Part shown: positions 23,618 to 36,899 of the stretch, piece after piece | How the letters are laid out: each line of letters opens with the position of its first letter | Numbering within the stretch: position 1 is the stretch's first letter | NCBI GenBank assembly: GCA_964234715.1 | Contig: OZ174275.1 | Length of the DNA stretch: 64,000 nt | Direction: 5' to 3' (one strand) | From: Podarcis melisellensis | Lineage: Eukaryota | Made by a program: the position numbers and the translations under genes | The notes under the pieces: generated by a model | What the model saw: the letters and a program-made list of their open reading frames with translations, nothing else | Database searches by the model: none | Told to the model about the DNA's origin: nothing

Positions 23618-23790
23618 GTGACAGCCATACGGATCCCAGAGAGCTCTTCAACTTGACACAGGACAAACAGCAAGCCAAAACCGAATACACCCATGATATG
23701 TGCTGTAAGTGAGAGCAGGAACAGGAAGAAATAGCGATAATTGCGCCGCCCAATACAGTTGTTTACCCAAGGACAGTGATGGTCAAATTC
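23618..23790 (-). CDS. ZDHHC5: ZDHHC5 exon 5 (DHHC catalytic motif)
   Basis: [39 protein letters not shown]...; C134 by spliced numbering; 173 nt. Confidence 0.97.
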
Positions 23791-24374
23791 CTATCAGTGA
23801 AAAGATAAAGAACAGAGTTAGAAGGACATCACCTCTGTAAAACAATACAACACCTGTAGAACCCCTCGAAACTCCAGGAAACCTGAATCCCACCCAGATT
23901 TTCATTTCCACAACAGAAGATGCAACTCCTATAACAAGGGTAAGTAGAATGGCTGTGGTCAACCAGCAGATTATGAATTATAGTTGAATGGTGCCTCATC
24001 ACCTCTCCTGCCTTTCAATATGTGTTGAAAACACTTGTACACACATCACCTTGAATTCCATTATGGAAGGTGAAAAATAAATATAAAATAAACAAACACG
24101 AATACTAGATGAACGCATTTGCTATGGATTACCTTACCCACAATTATGCAATTGATTCTGCCCCCTCCCTCTCAAACCACCCTGGAGCACTGGTAAAAAA
24201 GGAAAGCATGCAAGTCTGAAGTGTCTATCCCAACCTATAACACACAAAACTGAATCTTGCAAACAGTTCCTGAACTGGATCTCAAAGATTACAGAATGTC
24301 CCAAGTTCATTATCAACAGTCCAACAAGCAATTCCAATCGCTCCAACACAGTCCTTCTCTTCCCAGTCTCTCAC

Positions 24375-24532
24375 CTCCACACAGTTGTCGCAGACACTGC
24401 AATGAGAGCAGCGTGGGGGCCGGTAGAAGCGACACGTTGCACACCATTTCATGCGCACTTGAATACCCTTTATCTCCACAGTCTTGTATAATGGAGCTCG
24501 GAAATCATCCTCCTTGTCCTCATCTTCTTCAG
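24375..24532 (-). CDS. ZDHHC5: ZDHHC5 exon 4
   Basis: [53 protein letters not shown], 158 nt. Confidence 0.97.
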
Positions 24533-25542
24533 CTGAAGCAGCAAGAAAAAAATCATAAAATCCAATGAAGTACAGAGCATGTCCAACATGTCCTTGCCCC
24601 CAGTTTCACAAACCCATTCACCCTGGCACTGACTTTTTGTTTTTGTGCTTCTGGTGAGACAACCTATCCCCTCTAAGAAGTCTAGAGAAAAGGGGATGGA
24701 TTATGCTGACCCTTGATACATTTTGTAAATAAGCCCACAACAGCTTGCAGGGTTGCTGGGTTTTTTTTTTTAAAAAAAGGCTAGGAGTCTAGTATTCTGC
24801 ATTTCCATGCTGGTCACAGGAGGAGAGGAAGTCCCCTAATTGGTGTCTGCTATGGAAACCCAGGACACCAGCTTCTTAGCAGGCTTGTAAAAACCTGTTT
24901 TGTCAAGAATGCTCCCATAGGCTCAGCACAGCTAAAGGATTGGCTTCCCTTCCTCCTCAGCCAGTACATAAAACAGACCAGCAGTGGAAAAATCTCCTCC
25001 ACTAGCTCACTCAGCTGCCTGCATGGAATGAGCCTTGCCACCTACGGTTACCAGTGAGTTGCTACATACTAGGCTGTCCTGTAATAAGCCATGGAGAAGC
25101 TCTGAAAGCAGTGAGATGTCTGAGTCTTCTGAGTGATCCCAGGACAGGGATAAACTCCCAGTCAGCTTGATGCTAGGCAGAAGAACAAGGTTTGTCCCCA
25201 CAGCTAGGGCCTTCAAAAATTTGTAGTGTGACACCACAATCAATACTTTCCCCACCACAACCACCTTAGACCAGATTTGGTGGAAATAACACATTTGGCT
25301 AGCTATCAAGACCAACCAAAATTTGTAGAACCTCCCCCCTCCCAAATATAGCAATAGCTTCCAATAATGAATCCAGCATAATTCACACTATAAACACTGT
25401 TGAGCTGGAAGATTCCTACCTATCCAGATTACAATAATTTATGCTCTGGATCTGGAGAGTGGAAGTAGCCATCCCTAATCAAAACATTTTCAGATCAATC
25501 AGTGCCTTGGAAATTGCTTCACAGGCAATTTTCAGTTCTCAC

Positions 25543-25664
25543 CTCGAGGAAATATGCCTGGATCCATGAAGGTGGCCATACTAAAGTTGGCCAGCACAAA
25601 GAGGAAGACCACAGCATTGTAAATGGGGATGATTGGGGAGATATGCAAGCTCAGCCCTGGGCAC
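25543..25664 (-). CDS. ZDHHC5: ZDHHC5 exon 3
   Basis: [40 protein letters not shown] (DPG motif), 122 nt. Confidence 0.97.
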
Positions 25665-27669
25665 CTACACAAAGAAAAAGTAAGTTAAAACAGATCTAGT
25701 AACATTTTAAGATTAACTATAAATTTATTCAACCTTAAGTAAAAGCACTGAGGTCATTCCACCTAAATAAACCTGGATAACCAGCAACTGAAAGAGAAAA
25801 CTCATCAGGAGATTTGGAGTAAAGTGTCATCTGTAAGCTGAGGGCACACATTTCTATTTCGCTATAACATCTGAATCAGGAGTAGTTGTGCAAGCCCTGG
25901 ACCAGTACCTGAATGTGGTGATGGACTGGATGAGGGTTGAGTTTGAATTCTTGGAAGATGGAAGTTCCATGTCCCAAAGATAGAACAGTTGCCTGTTCTG
26001 GATAGAATCGCACCCCCTCTAAAGGAGTATGTAGGTAGTTTGGAATCCTACAAAGCCTATACTCCGCTCACTTCATGGCAAATGGCCAGCGTTAATCCAA
26101 ATATGCACAGGAACCCATTAGCAGTGTGGAAGCATCACTCTGTCAAATCACTTAAGAATTAACAAAACAATATAAATATGCATTTGAACACATGGCCCCA
26201 CACCACCCACTTTGGTTCCCAAAGATGTGGATAAAGTTCTTCAAAATTATTCACTGAACAACATTTTCCAGCACAAACCTGATTGGCTGTAATATTTGGA
26301 TAACTCCAAAATGTGTAAAGTTCTTCAAGGTGAACCACTGCTTATGTACCACTGCCATCATGATCGTGTAGCATTGAAATCACCCAACTCTGTGTAGTAC
26401 TGTTCTTCTGTGCTTTTAATAGTTGTATTTAAGTGGCATTTTCCCGTTTATAGCAAATGTCAGCTCTGCTGAGGCCTAAGTACTGTAAATATTTTTAGTT
26501 TCTACTCACTCCAGTGATGAAGAACCCATTAACATACATAGCTGGAATTCTTAATGATATAATGCTACCAGTGTTCCTATAGATGCCAATGTGTACCTCT
26601 CACATTTATGTGAGCTCAATTTGTGCACTCGAAGTGCTGGGAAGTTTAAGCAAGCAGTTAGTATAGTAAAGTGCAAGCTGGAATGGCCCAGGTTCCAATT
26701 TTACCTCAGCTATGAATTCATTAGATGGTTTTAAAGCAAGTCAATATTCTGAGCTTCATTTACCAGTATGCAATATGATACCATTATTAACCACCTTGCA
26801 GAGCTATTGCAAGGATTATGGAGATAATGTGCATAAAGTACTTTCAACACTTAGGAAAAGTACAATAAAACACATTTTTGTGAAATAGTAACTTTCATCA
26901 TTGGTACATATATATAGCAGTTACCAGTTTTAAATGGTTATTGCTCTCTATTCAATGTACACAGCATGGAGCGTTAAGTTAATACTGCTGAAAATGTTTA
27001 CATAAATAAGAAAGTACCATTGGTAACATTTGCTTTCCTAGACACTACTTGAGTTTGCGTATGAGCTCTATGAGGTTTGGCATTTTGGACACACTATAAT
27101 CAGCTGTAACCAAATTTGTCAACGAACAGAACACAGCAAGAAAGAAAAACAAGTTTAGCTTGTTTGACTAGAAGATCCATATGCAGAAGAACATCCCACA
27201 TAAAACCTACAATAAGGCTACAGGTTAAGGAGGGAAGGCGCAACAAAAGTCTGCTTAGAACTAAGTTAGATAAACCTAAAATATTTGCCCACTAGATTCA
27301 AAACTTTAATGGAGCACAGCCAGAAGAGTATCAGAGCAAGCTCCTATTTATTTTTAATTAGGTAGACAAAAAAGCTAGGCGTAGCCTTAAGTTATCTGAA
27401 TGTAAATGTAACTAAACTATAAAGTTTGATCAAGGATGATCAAAAGTAGATGCATTGAGATCAATGAACTTAAATTGCTTTGGTCTACTGATTTCAGTGG
27501 GTTTACTTGGCAAACACTGGATACCACCCAATAATGTTCCCAGCCCAATAGGGAAAGGAATTACACCTCCATTTGTATCTTAAGACAAATGAGTCAATTC
27601 ATTTCAGATCAGTTGTCCCATAACATATTATTTTCATTTACACATTTATGAAAGACTGCACTTTTTCAT

Positions 27670-27899
27670 TTACTTTGGCCACCTCATGAGAAGAGAAGAC
27701 TTCCTGGAAAAGACCCTGATGTTGGGAAAGATTAAGGGCACAAGGAGACGGGGACGACAGAGGACGAGATGGTTGGACAGTGTTCTCGAAGCTACAAACA
27801 TGAGTCTGACCAAACTGCGGGAGACAGTGGAAGACAGAAGTGCCTGGCGTGCTCTGGTCCATGGGGTCACGAAGAGTCGGACACGACTAAACAACAGCA
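27670..27899 (+). mobile_element. RTE/BovB LINE 3' fragment
   Basis: YFGHLMRREDFLEKTLMLGKI...VHGVTKSRTRLN with CAA/CAG tail; 12-bp TSD GCACTTTTTCAT at 27658 and 27900. Confidence 0.9.
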
Positions 27900-29202
27900 G
27901 CACTTTTTCATCCTTTTAAACACATGGTTATGAACGAATTAGGATTCTAATCTATGTTAGTAAATACAAATCAAGAGCCTGGAGATAGGTACTGCCGGTG
28001 AAAGAAAAGGATGTGGTTTTGTAAATTTGATGTCAAAATAAGCTCTGAAACTTTTAAAGCTTTCAACTTAAAAAACCCCAAACAAACATGATACTGCTTT
28101 GGGCAACAAGGTTTTTGAAGTGGTTTGCAATAAACACCATAAAACTGATAAGGCTTAGATTAGGGCCTGGATGAGAGAAATATGTATAGCAGGCTAAAAA
28201 AATTAAATAGGCAGGCAGATAACTGCAACTGGTTCTGTACATAACAGCCTTATTCCCTAAGTCCACATAGTGGTACAAGAATAATTTAGAAATCTAAGAT
28301 TTTATTGGATTCTTTAATTCTTTTATTATGCAAGAATGTAATTATAGGTGATATTAGAATTGTAAATAGCCATTTTAAAAACTGTCACACCTTTTTTTAT
28401 TATTTTTGGTTTGCAAAGGTAAACTGATGAGATTTAGAGGCTACCGCTACCCTGAATAAGATATTGCAGTTCACCACAGGGGTTGCACAGAACAGTCTGC
28501 ACTGGTTCTATTGCATGGCTTCCCATGGGGTGGGCGGGAAAGGTGTTGATACGGCATGTCAGTCCTGGCAACTGTCCTACTATATACTAGACACACTGGG
28601 TTTACATTTGCTCTAACCTGAGACATCTTTAGAATGAAAGCCAGGCAACTCCCTCACCTCGGCTTGTCTCAATCATAGGACATAACCTGAAAAGTAAGGT
28701 GTGTAAGATATACCTACCACAATGCTTGTTTTAGCAGCACAACCTCACCCAATTGTATTAGGGATTACTCCAAAAAAACATTAAGATGCTGGTCAAATGT
28801 ACTTTAATTATGCTTCTGTACCAGCCAATTGGCTGTATCCAACACTGAAGCTCTGTTCGGAATACAAAACATCTTCCTCTCTTGTCCTCTCCAGCCCACA
28901 GAACACCCTTAAAATATTTTATTTTTAAATTGGGGGCATATATGGGGATGAAAGGAAATTGTAGACCCATTGAACTAACAGAACTCTGCTTGTTCAGCAT
29001 TCAATTCCCAATCTGACCCACCCTAAACACTTTCTTGGTGCAGTGAATCTTAACAGTGAGTTTGCTATTTTACTCTTCAAGTTATGGCATATGCTGTCAT
29101 ACCATCTCTAGTTAAATCATCAAGTATTTTTCTCGAGGACTTATTTCCCACTAAGCAGACTGTGCATGAAAATAATATGCATTTATTTTCAAGAGACCAT
29201 GT

Positions 29203-29541
29203 CAGGCACATCCAACAGGCAGATCGTGATCTACCGGTAGATCACTGGCTCCCCCCCAAAGAAGCTCAACAACTTTGGCTCCCCTAAAAAATGATCAACA
29301 TTTTAGCCCTTCATACCCAACAAAACAGGGCTTTCCTCTTGCCTCAGAAAAGCTTAACAACTCTGACCTGAACCCCTGAAAAATGGGCCTTCCTCCTTCC
29401 TAAAAAAAATATCAACAACTTTGACCTGAACCCCTAAAAAAGCTTATCAACTTCAACCTGAACCCCCCAAAAGGGGGTAGATCACTGCCAGTTTTTAACT
29501 CTGAGAGTAGATCACAGTCTCTTTGGAGTTGGCCACTCCTG
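29203..29541. mobile_element. hAT-like MITE with internal tandem repeats
   Basis: CAGG..CCAAC / GTTGG..CCTG termini; internal repeated aacaactttgacctgaacccc; related copy at 52070. Confidence 0.7.
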
Positions 29542-32500
29542 ATGTATATTAAAACTATGTTGCTGTGCAAAATGCAACTTAATACACAAACTTGAGGTCA
29601 CCACTCTTAAAAGCTGTTTTTAATTTGGTATTTACCCAGTGCTGTAATCCAGGAGTTGCCTGGTCACCAGTGGGAAGAGAACACTTGCTCCTGCCAACTA
29701 AGACTGGCAGAAAGAAAACCTTGGCACACCTGCAACACCATGTGGGATATGGGTGTGCCTATGCCCTCTTCATGGGCAACTGGCCTTTTCATACAGAATG
29801 GTAACTGCTGCATAATGCTGCACATGCCACCCACCAAGTAGCCAGGGCTGCTCCTTTCATTACATTACTTGTTTGAGCACTACATAGAAATAAGTGGGAT
29901 GTGCAACAAAATATTGCAGTTTGGAGTGTTCATGTTCAGCGTGCCAGCCAGCAATGTATTCTCCTAGAAGGACATTTCATTCCACTCCTCATCACATCTA
30001 GTAGCTACAGTGTATGCTCAGTCCTGACTGAGAAGCGTAAATAAAAACCAATTTAAAAATTATAAACATTTAAATCAAGATTTTATTTTATTTAAAAAGG
30101 TAAGTGCCAAGTTTCTTTTCAGGAAAGTTTAGGAAATTAATCTGAAGAAATGGATATTAGCTCTACAGTCAGTCTCTTAACTATAGCAATGCCTCTACCC
30201 GATACATTGAGTTAAGTGACACTTTCCTATAAAAACTAAGGATAAACAATTTCTCAAATTTCATTATTTACACTCATCCACCAGACATTAGCTTTTCATT
30301 TTCACTTGAATGAAAATAGCCAGCTCTACTCTGCCCACTAATTATCTGGACATACTTGGATGTCATGGGTATTCCCCCCCCCCTTTTTGTTACTTTTTTG
30401 ACAAGTGCAAGATGCAATCCTTTGTTTTAAGAAATAAACCATATAAATTCCATTTAGTTGTAAATTAACATGATTTAATGGTCAAATATGCACCATTGTG
30501 TATGAAATATATGAAGAGGAAATCAATAGAAAAAATTATTTAAATCAGCCTTTTCCCCTTTGCAAATATACGCCAATTTAGTCAAACTTAATTCAAGCAC
30601 TAGAGCTAATCACAGATTGTCTACATAATCCCCCCTGACAATGACAGAACCTCATCCCATCACTCCCAGGGGGACTTGCTATATTGCATTCAAAGTGCAT
30701 GGCAGCAAGACATATTGCATTCTAGTCACTCCAGGCTGTGGGCAGCTGGATTACCCATTTTTAAAATGCTAAACAACAGAAATTGCTTTAAGAGGGAGTG
30801 CTTCAGCCCTTGGACTACCTTGTAAAGTGATCTGCAAGGCTGTGAATTCTGAAGTGGACTCATAATCTGATGCAGGTCACTATCCACCTGTATCAGATTA
30901 GAATTATAGAGTTAGAAGGAACCCGAGGTTCATCTAGTCCAAGAATTTGCTGATCCTTATTGCGATCCTTAATATTTTTTATGTTTTGCAGATATTTTTA
31001 AGCTGCTGTAACCTGCCCTGAACATTAGACTACAATGGAAAGGCAGAGGATTTTTTTTTCTAAATCCAATGTGCCAAATAATGGCACATTACCATGCACC
31101 ATCAACATTTAGCAACTTGTTACTTCACACCCCATTAGCCACCCTGGATAGCCACACTAATTTCCCAAATAACTGTGAACCCACCACTGTGTTCACTTGG
31201 CCTCCTGCATATCCTATAGCAAGATGAAGGTTCTGTGAATGTGGTGGTGGCGAGTTAAGGAAGAGAATATCCACCTTGAATCAGTATGGTATGGTACTGG
31301 GAGACATCAGGAAAATTGAGAGCAACAGTGTGATTATAACTTGTGCCTCTCTGGGCTTGTTCACTGCAGGGTGTGTGGCCATATTCAGTGATGGGAATGG
31401 GGTGGTGGTGGTGGTTACCTTTGCATCTGTGTAGCCAGGTATTTCAGCTGGCCACAGTATCTATGTGCTGCTCAGAATAGGTGTTAATTACAACTCTGGA
31501 AATATTAGTAACACCACAAGTTAATATGCCACAAACACTATACATATCTCACATGCAACTGTGTCTTAGGACAGAAGCCAGACCTATGTCGTATAATTCC
31601 ATTCCTTAGAGGGACAATGCAGGTCAATTCTTCCAGGACAAGGTACTCATTCATATGACTAATCCACAAGCAAACACACAGGCACAGTCTTGGAGGTTGG
31701 AAAATGTTAAGATGGTACCCACTGACAAAAGTACTATACTGAAGAATCCTTTCCACAGAAAAGCCTGGGCTCAGGACCCAGCGGGCTTCCCCCTTGAAGA
31801 CGCCTGTGTAATACCCTAATCTGCTTTGCTGCTGGGAGTTTAATCCCATAGATTTAGGGCAGCATCTGTCCTTCTTTCTCCAATCAGAGCAGTCTGTGAT
31901 AAACAGATGGATTTAGGCAGCAGGAGCAAAGAGCAGGGAAGGGAAATGCAAGGCTACCTCTAAAAAATGACATATGGAGTAAACCAATTGACAGAATGCT
32001 CAGAGCCCACTAAGGGTATCTAAGGGACGTATATTAGATTAGCAGGGAAGGGTGAGGCATCCCTCCCAATATAGTCTTCCTCTCCTCCCCCTCATTATCA
32101 AAATATCTATAAGGCAAAGGCCAGTTCAACTCTTTTCATTTGTGGGTCAGTGAGAACACAGGCTTAATCTACAATACAGGCCAAAAAGAGGCTGAAGCAG
32201 CAGCTAAAAACCGACTCAACAAACCCTGCCTACTGGCATCAGGCCTGTGAATCATTAATGGTGGGCTGGTAGCTAGAGGCAGGGAGGTACTGTCAGTGTA
32301 TTCTGAACAGCAGAATTAGGCAATGCAAACACACACCAAAGCTAGGAAGACAATAATTTGCTATGTAGAGAGAATACAACACAAGTTGATATTTCCTGTA
32401 TGAGCTAAGGATAGAAACTTGAGCTTATGGGTGAATCAAAAGAACATGATATGGAGCCTTTTTGTTCCATGAGACTAGAGCAATGTTGTCCAGGTGTCAC

Positions 32501-33883
32501 AGTGATATGCAAAAGGATAAATGAACACATTCAAATTATTATATATGTACACATCTCAAAGCCACTAGCATTCAATATGTCTACAGAAACAGTCTTAAGG
32601 CAGACAAAACCATGGGAATTATAAGCCTCTTGCAGAGTGAGATTGTAGATGACAATGATGTTGCTGATTCTTGATAATTTTTTTAGAGAAGTTATTATGT
32701 ACTGCATATACATCACAGGCCAAGCATCTAAAAGCTGGGAATTATACATCTTTTACCTAGGATTCACATACCTATATTTTAATGATAAAGCTTTTTCCTA
32801 CTGTGGAAAAAATAAAAGAAATGAGGGAAAACAAGTAAGAAGGCTAGTGACAAAATGAAAGGTGGTCAAGGTATTCAAAATAGACAGGCAGGTGCTGGAG
32901 ACTCCACCCTGTCAGAAGAGGTAATGTTTAAAGAACTCAGACAGGAACTCTCAAGTCCTATCCCAGTAGTTAACCCAATTTATTTTATAACTTTCTCCCT
33001 ACAGAAGAGATCTAGGTCAGAAACCTTCCCAAACATCTAATGACACAGACATGCCTAGCCCGTGTTTGTATTTTCTCTGCTACAACTGAAAGGATGAAGA
33101 GGTGACTCATTCGCAGCTCCACATCCATTAGTGAACTGTTTTAGGCCTCCAAGCTATACACTAGTGAAGTTCTTGGCTGTTGCAGAGACAGCTAATAGTG
33201 CAAAAGGAGAATAGAATATAGGCCCTACTCTGAAGAAGTTGGATACCCACATGGTGTTCCTGATCATGCCAGTCATAATTACTGCATTTCTGCTAAATTA
33301 CTGTTTGAGTCCAACTTTCTCATAACTTCTTATATGTAGGCCAACCTCCAACATTCAACTTCTTAGAAATTCCTTACGGGTGCTACAATAATCTATTATG
33401 TTTTGGACAAATGAAAAAGTTACTCAACCAGCTCGGAACCTTCAAAGTGATTGTTTTACATGCAAAATAAAATATGAAAAGTATACATACTTATATGAGA
33501 AGCCACTCGCCAGTAAGCACACTATTGACATAGTTAGTGCCCATTTAATCAACTACCTTAATGTAGGAGGGATGGTGCTTCCAAAACTCTACATTAAAAT
33601 CTCAAATTGTGATATGGATGAATGAAATTTTTGTGGCATCAATAATCCGTTGGTTCCAACTGTTTTTCACGTAGACCAGGGAAATGGGCCTGGAAAATGT
33701 ATTTCAATGACACATGGAAACTGAGACTTATACTTAATTGAACTTTTTCTATTAGAAGCACAGCCCATTCAGTTTCTTAAGATGCCTATGTAACCTGTGT
33801 CTAGAACCCTGACCCAATCAGGATCTACCAGTATTAGAGAGAAAAGTTCAGTGGTTTGCTCTTACGATTTTAGCCTTCTAGTT

Positions 33884-34003
33884 CAGGCATAGGCAAACTC
33901 AGCCCTCCAGATGTTTTGGGACTACAATTCCCATAATCCCTAGCTAGGGATCATGGGAGCTGTAGTCCGAAAACATCTGGAGGGTCAAGTTTGCCTATGC
34001 CTG
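33884..34003. mobile_element. hAT MITE
   Basis: TIR CAGGCATAGGCAAAC / GTTTGCCTATGCCTG; perfect 8-bp TSD TTCTAGTT. Confidence 0.9.
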
Positions 34004-34429
34004 TTCTAGTTTCTAGATCCCCTAAGAAAAGAGATGCAAATGGTATGTTTAAGCAAACTGCTTCACTAACATGCTTGCTCAGGTTTTTCCCCCTTTCATT
34101 TCACTTTATACATCCTGTCCATCATGCATGAATAGCATTCTATTACTTGAACTCTAGAAATTCTGTTCACATTAACGTTCTGATTTATTATCAGGGAGGG
34201 TGTAAAGAAGAGGAAGGGGGAGCAGGTTTCTGGAAATGTGAAGCTGGCACTAAGGTATTTGCAACAAATTTTAGCTCTTTATTTTTGTACAGCCATAAAT
34301 GGAAAGGCAACTACATAATATATACGAGAATCATTTAACCAAGTACTAGTGTTCTGAAGATTAAAATGAGGCAGCTGCCTACTATTACTCTAAAGATATT
34401 TGCAGGCAAATATGCCAGTTAGTTATGCC

Positions 34430-34851
34430 AGTTAAGATTGCCAGAAGAAATATCAACAACCTCAGATATGCAGATGACACAACCTTGATGGCAGAAAGTG
34501 AGGAGGAATTAAAGAACCTTTTAATGAGGGTGAAAGAGGAGAGCGCAAAATATGGTCTGACTCAACATCAAAAAACGAAGATCATGGCCACTGGTTCCAT
34601 CACCTCCTGGCAAATAGAAGGGGAAGAAATGGAGGCATTGAGAGATTTTACTTTCTTGTGCTCCATGATCACTGCAGATGGTGACAGCAGTCACGAAATT
34701 AAAGGATGCCTGCTTCTCGGGAGAAAAGCAATGACAAACCTAGACAGCATCTTAAAAAGCAGAGACATCACCTTGCCAACAAAGGTCCATATAGTTAAAG
34801 CCATGGTTTTCCCAGTAGTGATGCATGGAAGTGAGAGCTGGACCATAAAGA
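34430..34851 (+). mobile_element. BovB LINE internal reverse-transcriptase fragment
   Basis: NINNLRYADDTTLMAESEEELKNLLMRVKEES...VFPVVMHGSESWTIK. Confidence 0.9.
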
Positions 34852-35579
34852 GGACTCCCTGGTCCTGAATGGGGTTAACTCTGCCCCTGAGGGACCAGGT
34901 GCACAGCCTGGGAGTCATTTTGGACTCACAGCTGTCCATGGAGCTGTCCAGGTCAATTCTGTGTCCAAGGCAGCTGTCTACCAGCTCCATCTGGTATGCA
35001 GGCTGAGACCCTATCTGCCCGCAGACTGTCTCACCAGAGTGGTGCATGCTCTAGTTATCTCCCGCTTGGACTACTCCAATGCACTCTATGTGGGGCTACC
35101 TTTGAAGGTGACCTGGAAACTCCATCCATAATCTAGCGCAGCTAGACTGGTGACTGGGAGCAGCTGCCGAGACCACATAACACCAATCTTGAAAGATCTA
35201 CATTGGCTCCCAGTACGTTTCCGAGCACAATTCAAAGAGTTAGTGCTGATCTTTAAAGCCCTAAATGGCCTCGGCCCTGTATACTTGAAGGATTATCTCC
35301 ACCCCCATCGTTCAGCCCAGACACTGAGATCCAGCACTGAGGGCCTTCTGGTGGTTTCCTCACTGCGAGAAGTAAGGTTACAGGGAACCAGGCAGAAGGC
35401 CTTCTCGGTGGTGGCGCCCGCCCTGTGGAACGCCCTCCCATTAGATGTCAAGGAAATAAACAACTATCTGACTTTCAGAAGACATCTGAAGGCACCCTTG
35501 CTTAGGGAAGTTTTTAATGTCTGATGTTTTATTGTATTTTTAATATTGGAAGCCAACCAGAGTGGCTGGGAAAACCCAG
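34852..35579 (+). mobile_element. L2 LINE 3' portion
   Basis: VHALVISRLDY..., DHITPILKDLHWLPVRFRAQFK...ALWNALP and a squamate L2 3' UTR; ends at the assembly gap. Confidence 0.85.
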
Positions 35580-35735
35580 NNNNNNNNNNNNNNNNNNNNN
35601 NNNNNNNNNNNNNNNNNNNNNNNNNNNNNNNNNNNNNNNNNNNNNNNNNNNNNNNNNNNNNNNNNNNNNNNNNNNNNNNNNNNNNNNNNNNNNNNNNNNN
35701 NNNNNNNNNNNNNNNNNNNNNNNNNNNNNNNNNNN
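35580..35735. other. Assembly gap (156 N)
   Basis: Run of N. Confidence 1.
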
Positions 35736-36539
35736 TACCTGCTGCAATAGGAGTGCTAAGAAGCTGGCAGCTTCCAGATAAATCCCAGAAGGCAAACAAT
35801 CCACCCTGTATCAAACTGCAGTTTCCAGCTACATTGTAGACAGTTTCAGAAAGGTTGGTTGCCAGGGATTTTTCTCAGAGGCCACAAAGGCCTTAACCCC
35901 CTCCCCCCACAAAACACCCCTACACCTGAGCAACCCATTTTCATGCAAGATGATGTAAGAATTTTGTAACTTAAGAATGTGGTGACTGAGACTGCTTGTT
36001 TTCCTCTCCCCTCTACATCATCTTCCCTCTTCTGTTATGGCTTTTTAGACTGTACACTGGAGAACAATTGATTTGTAAGCCACTCTGGGCAGTTTTCCAT
36101 CAGAAGAGTGGTATATAAATATTTTGAATATATAGACATGAAATAATGTATGAGAGTCCCCTCAGAGGCTCCAGAAGAAACTCAAAATGCCCTGTAGTAA
36201 GTGTATTTTTAATAAGCTTCCAAAACATTTAAACAAAGGGGGTAGGGTGGGAATAAAAGTGGGATTCCTGGAAAAACCTGAAATTTGCAGGTGGGGGAGC
36301 GGAACTGAAACTATCAAGTAAAAAAACAAAAAATCTAAACTACTTTAAAAATATGAACAGCATTATACATTACATAGAATTGTATCATTCAGTCTATGAA
36401 GTGTAAAAGTATTTGTAGCAACATTTTCCAAACAGCAAATATTTAGTCCCAAATGTTAGAGCGAGCTGCAAACACCTGCACCTTAGAATACTCAGTAAGA
36501 GTTTAGTTTGTACCCTTGCATTTTGGAAGGTTAATTGTG

Positions 36540-36899
36540 GGTAATATTCCTACCACAAGACAGGGCTGTCCACTATCACCATTATTGTTTATATTGGCCT
36601 TAGAAGTCTTGGTGCAAAGAATAAGAAGGAATCAGGAGATTAAAGGAATTGCAGTGGGGCAACGATCCTATAAATTAAAAGCTTTTGCAGATGATGTGGT
36701 GTTATCACTAGAAGAACCATTGGAGTCCACCCCAAAGGTTTTAGAAGAAAATTTTAAAAATATTGAAGAAATGGCAGGATTTAAACTGAATAAAAGCAAA
36801 ATGTTAGTGAAAAATATGAAGGAGAGGGGGGGGGGGGGAGAATTAAAGGAAAAAACAGGTCCTATAATAGAGAAAAAAGTAAAATACTTGGGGGTATGA
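36540..36899 (+). mobile_element. L1/Tx1-clade LINE reverse-transcriptase fragment
   Basis: TRQGCPLSPLLFILALEVL...KAFADDV...KYLGV motifs. Confidence 0.85.

Noticed and set aside
35464-35839. ORFs containing X runs
   Set aside because: Artefacts of the N gap.
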